From Caulobacter sp. 32-67-35 (GTDB lineage Bacteria; Pseudomonadota; Alphaproteobacteria; Caulobacterales; Caulobacteraceae): a stretch of DNA of 64,000 bases. Every line of letters begins with the position of its first letter. Within the stretch, counting starts at the first letter, position 1. The stretch spans positions 8,920-72,919 of the forward strand of contig NCEV01000023.1 of assembly GCA_002280875.1 (NCBI GenBank). Reading direction: 5' to 3'. The translations under genes and the position numbers were made by a program. Shown in pieces: positions 59,698 through 64,000 of this stretch. The notes below the pieces were generated by a model. That model searched no databases. It saw only the letters and a list, made by a program, of their open reading frames with translations, and was not told the origin of the DNA.

Positions 59698-60773
59698 TGG
59701 ACGGCTCCGTCAACGGACTTGACGACGGTGGCGGTTCTCGGACGGAACGCATCGGGGGGCAGGATCACCGGAGCGCTGGCGCCCTTGCTGTCGATGATCA
59801 CCTTGTTCGAATTGGCCAGCACGCGCTGCATGGTCTCGATGTAGAGACGCTCGCGCGTGACGGCCGGGGCCAGCTTGTACTGGTCGTAGATCTGGTTGAA
59901 GCGCGCGGCTTCACCGGCGGCTTCCCGCACGACCTGTTCGCGATAGCCCTTGGCCTGCTGCACGATCTGGGCGCTCTGGCCGCGGGCGACGTTGGCGGCC
60001 GACTGGGCGTTCTGGCTGGCGCGCTGCACGTCGCGGAAGGCGTCGATGACCGGCGGCGGCGGGGTTGCGGTCTGGATCTGCACGCTTTCGACGAATACGC
60101 CGGCGTCGTAGCGATCCAGAATCTGCTGCATCAGCCGCTCGGTCTCGGCCTGGAGCTGGCCGCGGCCGGTGGTCAGGATCGGGGTGAGGGCGGTCTTGCC
60201 GACCACCTCGCGCATGGCGCTCTCGCCGACGGCGCGGATCACGCTTTCGGGTTCGCGCACATTGAACAGGTACTTGGGGGCGTCGGAGACCCGCCATTGC
60301 ACCGAGAAGCTGAGGTCGATGATGTTCTCGTCGCTGGTCAGCATCAGGCGTTCTTCGCCCGCCTCGGTTCCTGAGCCGCCAATATCGGTGGTGCGGATTT
60401 CAGTGACGGCCACCTTCTCGACCGACTCCACCGGGAACGGCACATGATAGCGCAGGCCTGGGCCGGCGACGCGCGAGAACGCGCCAAAGGTGCTGACCAC
60501 GCCCTGCTGGTTGGGCTGAACCACATAGATGCCGGTCGCGGCCCACAGAGCCACGACGGCGCCGGCGGCGGTGGCGATCGCGCGAGGGCGGTCAGGGCCC
60601 TGGAAGTAGCGACGCACGCGGTCGGTCAGGTCTTCCATCAACTGGTTTACATCGATCGGCGCCTGCGGCCCGCCGGGCGGGCGGCGCGGACCGGGGCGAG
60701 GGGTATTGTCCTTGTCGCCGCTGGGCGGCGGAGAACCCCAGGGACCAGGGCCAGCATTGTCGTTCCACGGCAT
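59694..60773 (-). CDS. hflK: Protease modulator HflK
   Basis: MPWNDNAGPGPWGSPP... Gly/Pro-rich N-terminus, TM helix, SPFH domain. Confidence 0.9.
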   Translation of the reverse strand: MPWNDNAGPGPWGSPPPSGDKDNTPRPGPRRPPGGPQAPIDVNQLMEDLTDRVRRYFQGPDRPRAIATAAGAVVALWAATGIYVVQPNQQGVVSTFGAFSRVAGPGLRYHVPFPVESVEKVAVTEIRTTDIGGSGTEAGEERLMLTSDENIIDLSFSVQWRVSDAPKYLFNVREPESVIRAVGESAMREVVGKTALTPILTTGRGQLQAETERLMQQILDRYDAGVFVESVQIQTATPPPPVIDAFRDVQRASQNAQSAANVARGQSAQIVQQAKGYREQVVREAAGEAARFNQIYDQYKLAPAVTRERLYIETMQRVLANSNKVIIDSKGASAPVILPPDAFRPRTATVVKSVDGAVQ

Positions 60774-60877
60774 GAGCGGCGTCGTCTTCCCGTCGTCTTT
60801 TGATTTTCAGCGGGGATTGTAAATCGTGCCCCACACGCGGATATGAGGACCCCTGCTCAACAAGGCAAGACATTGAC

Positions 60878-61990
60878 GTGACCGGCGCTGCTTCCACAAC
60901 CCTCGAAGATGCTCGCGCGGCTCTGGATCGGGTCGTTGATCCGGTCACCGGGCAGGGGCTTGTCGCCGCCGGATTGGTGCAGGGTCTGGTGGTGCGCAAC
61001 GGCCGCGCCGGCTTCATGCTGGAAGTTCCCGCCGCCAAGGCCGCCGCCTATGGGACCGTGCGCGCCGCCGCCGAAAAGGCGCTGGCGGACCTGCCGGGCG
61101 TCGATCAGGCCCAGGTGGTCCTGACTGCCCAGGCGGCCGAAGGCGCGACCCGGGTGCGCAAGGGCGCCCGGGTTTCAGAAGACCCGCAGGCCCGCATGGT
61201 CCCGCCGCCGGAAGCCGAGAAGCCGGCTCATGTGAAGCACGTGATCGCCGTCGCCTCGGGCAAGGGCGGGGTCGGCAAGTCCACCGTCGCCACCAACCTG
61301 GCCTGCGCCTTCGCCGGCATGGGCCTGCGCGTGGGGCTGCTGGACGCCGACATCTACGGCCCCTCGGCCCCCCGCATGATGGGCGTCGACGGCGAACCCA
61401 GCTTCGAGGACGGCAAGCTGCAGCCTCTGGAGGCTCACGGCATCAAGATCATGTCGATCGGCTTCCTGGTCGACGAGGGCAAGGCAATGATCTGGCGTGG
61501 GCCGATGGCCTCGTCGGCGGTGCGCCAGATGATCCACGATGTGGCCTGGGGCTCAGAGGCGCAGCCGCTGGACATGCTGGTCGTCGATCTGCCGCCTGGC
61601 ACCGGCGACGTGCAACTGACCCTGGTGCAGAAACTGCGGATCGACGGCGTGGTGCTGGTGACCACCCCGCAGGAAATCGCCCTGATCGACGCTCGTCGGG
61701 CCGCGATCATGTTTGGCAAGACCGCGACCCCGATCCTGGGCCTGATCGAGAACATGGCCTTCTTCGCCGATCCCGCGACCGGCGCCCCGATCCCGATCTT
61801 CGGTTCCGGCGGCGGCGTGGCCGAGGCCAGGACGCTGGGCGTGCCGGTGCTGGCCGAGGTTCCGATCGAACTGGCCGTCCGCGAAGGCGGCGATGGCGGG
61901 GTTCCGGTCGTGCTGGGCAAGCCCGACAGCGCGGCGGCCAAGGCCTTTGCGGGGGCGGCTGAAATGCTGTGGGGCGTGGTGAAGGGCTAG
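60878..61990 (+). CDS. apbC: Mrp/NBP35 (ApbC) family iron-sulfur cluster carrier ATPase
   Basis: DUF59-like N-domain, deviant Walker A VASGKGGVGKSTVATNLA, CPxC-lacking alpha-proteobacterial type. GTG start at 60878 inferred. Confidence 0.85.
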   Translation: MTGAASTTLEDARAALDRVVDPVTGQGLVAAGLVQGLVVRNGRAGFMLEVPAAKAAAYGTVRAAAEKALADLPGVDQAQVVLTAQAAEGATRVRKGARVSEDPQARMVPPPEAEKPAHVKHVIAVASGKGGVGKSTVATNLACAFAGMGLRVGLLDADIYGPSAPRMMGVDGEPSFEDGKLQPLEAHGIKIMSIGFLVDEGKAMIWRGPMASSAVRQMIHDVAWGSEAQPLDMLVVDLPPGTGDVQLTLVQKLRIDGVVLVTTPQEIALIDARRAAIMFGKTATPILGLIENMAFFADPATGAPIPIFGSGGGVAEARTLGVPVLAEVPIELAVREGGDGGVPVVLGKPDSAAAKAFAGAAEMLWGVVKG

Positions 61991-62478
61991 TTGCCCAACG
62001 CGGCCCGCACGTCTTTCATCAATGCGAATAAATGGTTCGGATCGGTGGGCGAAGGCAGGAAGTCGAACCGTTCGTAAAAGCGCCGGGCGCGCTCGTCCTT
62101 GGCATGAACGATGAAGGCCCGGATGCCCGCTATATCCGCTGCCGCGAGCGTCCGCGCCATGGCGTCTTTCAGCAGGCCCGCGCCCAGCCCCTTGCCCTGA
62201 TGAGTGGCGGCGATGGCCAGGCGCGCCAGGATCATCACCGGAACGGGATGGCGCGCCAGGCCCTTGGTCAGGCGCTCGGCGGCGTCGGCATAGTCGATCT
62301 GGCCAACGACGAGGCTGTGAAAACCGACGACACTTTCGCTCTCAAGCGCCAGATAGGTTTGAGACGCGCCCGATTGCTGGCTCTGCAGAGCGTGTTTCTG
62401 CAAAAAGCGATTCAGGGCCGGCCCGCCGCAGTCGAAAGCGTCGATGGCGTGATCGCGTCGCAGTTTTTCGATCCGCAC
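61987..62478 (-). CDS. GNAT-family acetyltransferase toxin (TacT-like)
   Basis: 163 aa. HQGKGLGAGLL acetyl-CoA motif. Located 8 nt downstream of a DUF1778 gene. Confidence 0.75.
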   Translation of the reverse strand: MRIEKLRRDHAIDAFDCGGPALNRFLQKHALQSQQSGASQTYLALESESVVGFHSLVVGQIDYADAAERLTKGLARHPVPVMILARLAIAATHQGKGLGAGLLKDAMARTLAAADIAGIRAFIVHAKDERARRFYERFDFLPSPTDPNHLFALMKDVRAALGN

Positions 62479-62486
62479 AGCTTACG

Positions 62487-62774
62487 TCATTCAGTGTCGG
62501 AGCGCTCGAACACGCTGGGCGTCGACAGCAGGCGGGCGAGGCGAGGCATGGACCGGGGCGGCGCATCCAGAGCGGCTTGAAAGGCCGCCCAGCTTTCTGC
62601 GTCGAGATTGAAGACGTGACGGTCGGGAAGGGTTTCCTGGGCGCGCGCCATGGCGCTTTCCAGCACGAATTCACTGACTGAGCGGTGGCTCGCGGCGGCG
62701 GCTGTTTGCAGCATCTGCTTTGCTTCCGCTGTCAGGCGTAGGTCGAGCTTCTCTGATTTCGCTGTTGCGGCCAT
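62487..62774 (-). CDS. DUF1778 (RHH) antitoxin (TacA-like)
   Basis: KLDLRLTAEAKQMLQTAAAASHRSVSEFVLESA is the typical DUF1778 N-terminus. Confidence 0.8.
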   Translation of the reverse strand: MAATAKSEKLDLRLTAEAKQMLQTAAAASHRSVSEFVLESAMARAQETLPDRHVFNLDAESWAAFQAALDAPPRSMPRLARLLSTPSVFERSDTE

Positions 62775-62841
62775 GGTTTCTCGCCTCGATGTGGCAGAAT
62801 GGCATATTTGCCCGACAATGTCATGACACTAGTCGTCGCCA

Positions 62842-62876
62842 CAAAAAGGGCCGCCCGAGCATCGCCCGGACGGCCT
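62842..62876 (-). terminator. Rho-independent terminator after the FadL-family gene
   Basis: Minus strand GGCCGTCCGGGCG-ATG-CTCGGGCGGCC followed by CTTTTTG. Confidence 0.45.
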
Positions 62877-62900
62877 CTTCCGTTCAGCCTATGCCAGCCT

Positions 62901-64000
62901 CTAGAAGCTGTAGCGAACGCCGGTCGACATCACGACGGCCGACCCCGTCACATCGCCGCGCAGGTTGACGGTCGAACTGGTCGCCGTCAGGTCGGTGCGG
63001 CTGATCTTGGTGTCGTCAAAGCCGATGTAGCTGATCGCCGCGTCGAGCTTCAGGTTCGGCTTGGCCGCCCAGGTGGCGCCGGCCGCGTACATCATGCGGT
63101 CGCCGTCCGGCACGCGGGCCGTGCGGCCGATGTCCGGGGTCGGGGTCGGGTCGTACTGAACGCCGGCCCGCAGGGTCAGGCGCGGGCTGGCCTGATAATC
63201 GACGCCGACGGCGGCCGTGGTGATGTCCTTGTAGTCCTGATCGCTGACCGAGCCGCCGGAGGCGTACTTGACGCGAATGGCGTCGAACTCGCTCCAGCCG
63301 ATGCGGCTGACCGAGCCGTTCAGGGTGACGCGGTCATTGATCGCCCAGCGCGCGCCGATGATGGCCATCCACGGGGTGGTGATCTCGGCTTCGCCGGCGG
63401 TCTTGAAGTTGCTGGCGGCCGGGATCGGGGCCTGCAGGCCCGAAACGGCGATGTCGCCCTTCAGGGTCTGCTCGACCTTGGCGCGATAGCTGGCGCCCAG
63501 GGTCAGGGCCGGGGTGGGGCGGTATTGCGCGCCCACCGTCCAGCCATAGGCCCAGCCGTCGCCCTTCAGCGACTGATAGCCGTCGGGCTGCAAGGGCGAG
63601 ATGTTGGGCAGGGCGTTGGTCAGTTCGGCGTCGGCATAGACGGCGCTGACGCCCACGCCGAGGTCCAGCTTGTCGGTGACGCGATAGGCCACCGTGCCCT
63701 GAAGGTCGGCGGTGGTCAGGCGCGACTTCAGCGCGTCATAGCGGGTCCAGCTGCGCGGACCGTATTCGGTGGTGAAATTGTAGGGCGCGGCGACCGACAG
63801 GCCCAGGGTCAGTTGGTCGTTGATCCGCCAGGCGCTGGCGAAGTTGGGGACCACGCCGTCCTTGATCGGCTTGGAGGTGCGCAGGTCGCCGCCGACCGGG
63901 GTGGTCAGGCCAGCAGGCGGCACCGGGCGGGTGATGGTCGAGCCGCTGTCATTGACGTCGGAATCGACCTGGATGGCGTGCAGGCCGCCATAGACTTCGT
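62901..64000 (-). CDS. FadL/OmpP1/TodX family outer-membrane transporter; 5-prime end outside the window
   Basis: Frame stays open from 63923 to the window end (checked codon by codon). Beta-strand-rich, C-terminal ...TGVRYSF. Confidence 0.8.
   Translation of the reverse strand, partial: EVYGGLHAIQVDSDVNDSGSTITRPVPPAGLTTPVGGDLRTSKPIKDGVVPNFASAWRINDQLTLGLSVAAPYNFTTEYGPRSWTRYDALKSRLTTADLQGTVAYRVTDKLDLGVGVSAVYADAELTNALPNISPLQPDGYQSLKGDGWAYGWTVGAQYRPTPALTLGASYRAKVEQTLKGDIAVSGLQAPIPAASNFKTAGEAEITTPWMAIIGARWAINDRVTLNGSVSRIGWSEFDAIRVKYASGGSVSDQDYKDITTAAVGVDYQASPRLTLRAGVQYDPTPTPDIGRTARVPDGDRMMYAAGATWAAKPNLKLDAAISYIGFDDTKISRTDLTATSSTVNLRGDVTGSAVVMSTGVRYSF

Overview
High-GC (about 66-70% by eye) alphaproteobacterial chromosomal segment, almost certainly Caulobacter. 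Evidence: a circularly permuted two-piece tmRNA gene encoding the tag ANDNFAEEFAVAA, an SspB-alpha-like adaptor next to it, and a subclass-B3 metallo-beta-lactamase embedded in a split-metH methionine operon, as I recall for C. crescentus CAU-1. The window is mostly housekeeping: ettA (partial), a sahR-metF-MBL-metH operon, folA, thyA, ilvC, ilvIH with a leader-peptide attenuator, fumC, miaA, serB, hflKC, apbC, a polyprenyl synthase, two GGDEF/EAL proteins and a MASE1 hybrid kinase. No rRNA, tRNA, CRISPR, transposase or integrase was seen. Small, often lower-GC insertions are scattered through the core genes. These include five type II toxin-antitoxin pairs (HicAB, VapC/Phd, CcdAB, BrnTA, GNAT/DUF1778). 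BrnTA sits inside the ilvI-ilvH operon, and CcdAB is coupled to an ABC-type ATPase. Another insertion is a two-gene islet downstream of thyA, pairing a DUF2188 protein with a TIR/N-deoxyribosyltransferase-like protein. This is my best candidate for an undescribed conflict module. Other points worth a second look: (1) an apparent ~92-nt internal deletion and frameshift in metH; (2) a GC3-supported 78-aa ORF between the split metH halves; (3) a 75-77 nt tandem repeat (2.4 copies) that reiterates the 3-prime end of ssrA; (4) a dense DnaA-box plus GANTC cluster upstream of thyA; (5) a cluster combining a secreted truncated haemoglobin, DUF3034, a cupredoxin-like protein and a c-di-GMP phosphodiesterase; (6) a frameshift separating the signal peptide from a purine nucleoside permease; (7) nested-inverted-repeat (MITE-like) elements. 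All calls rest on motif recognition and hand inspection; no searches were run. Many long antisense ORFs in the track are high-GC artefacts and were rejected.
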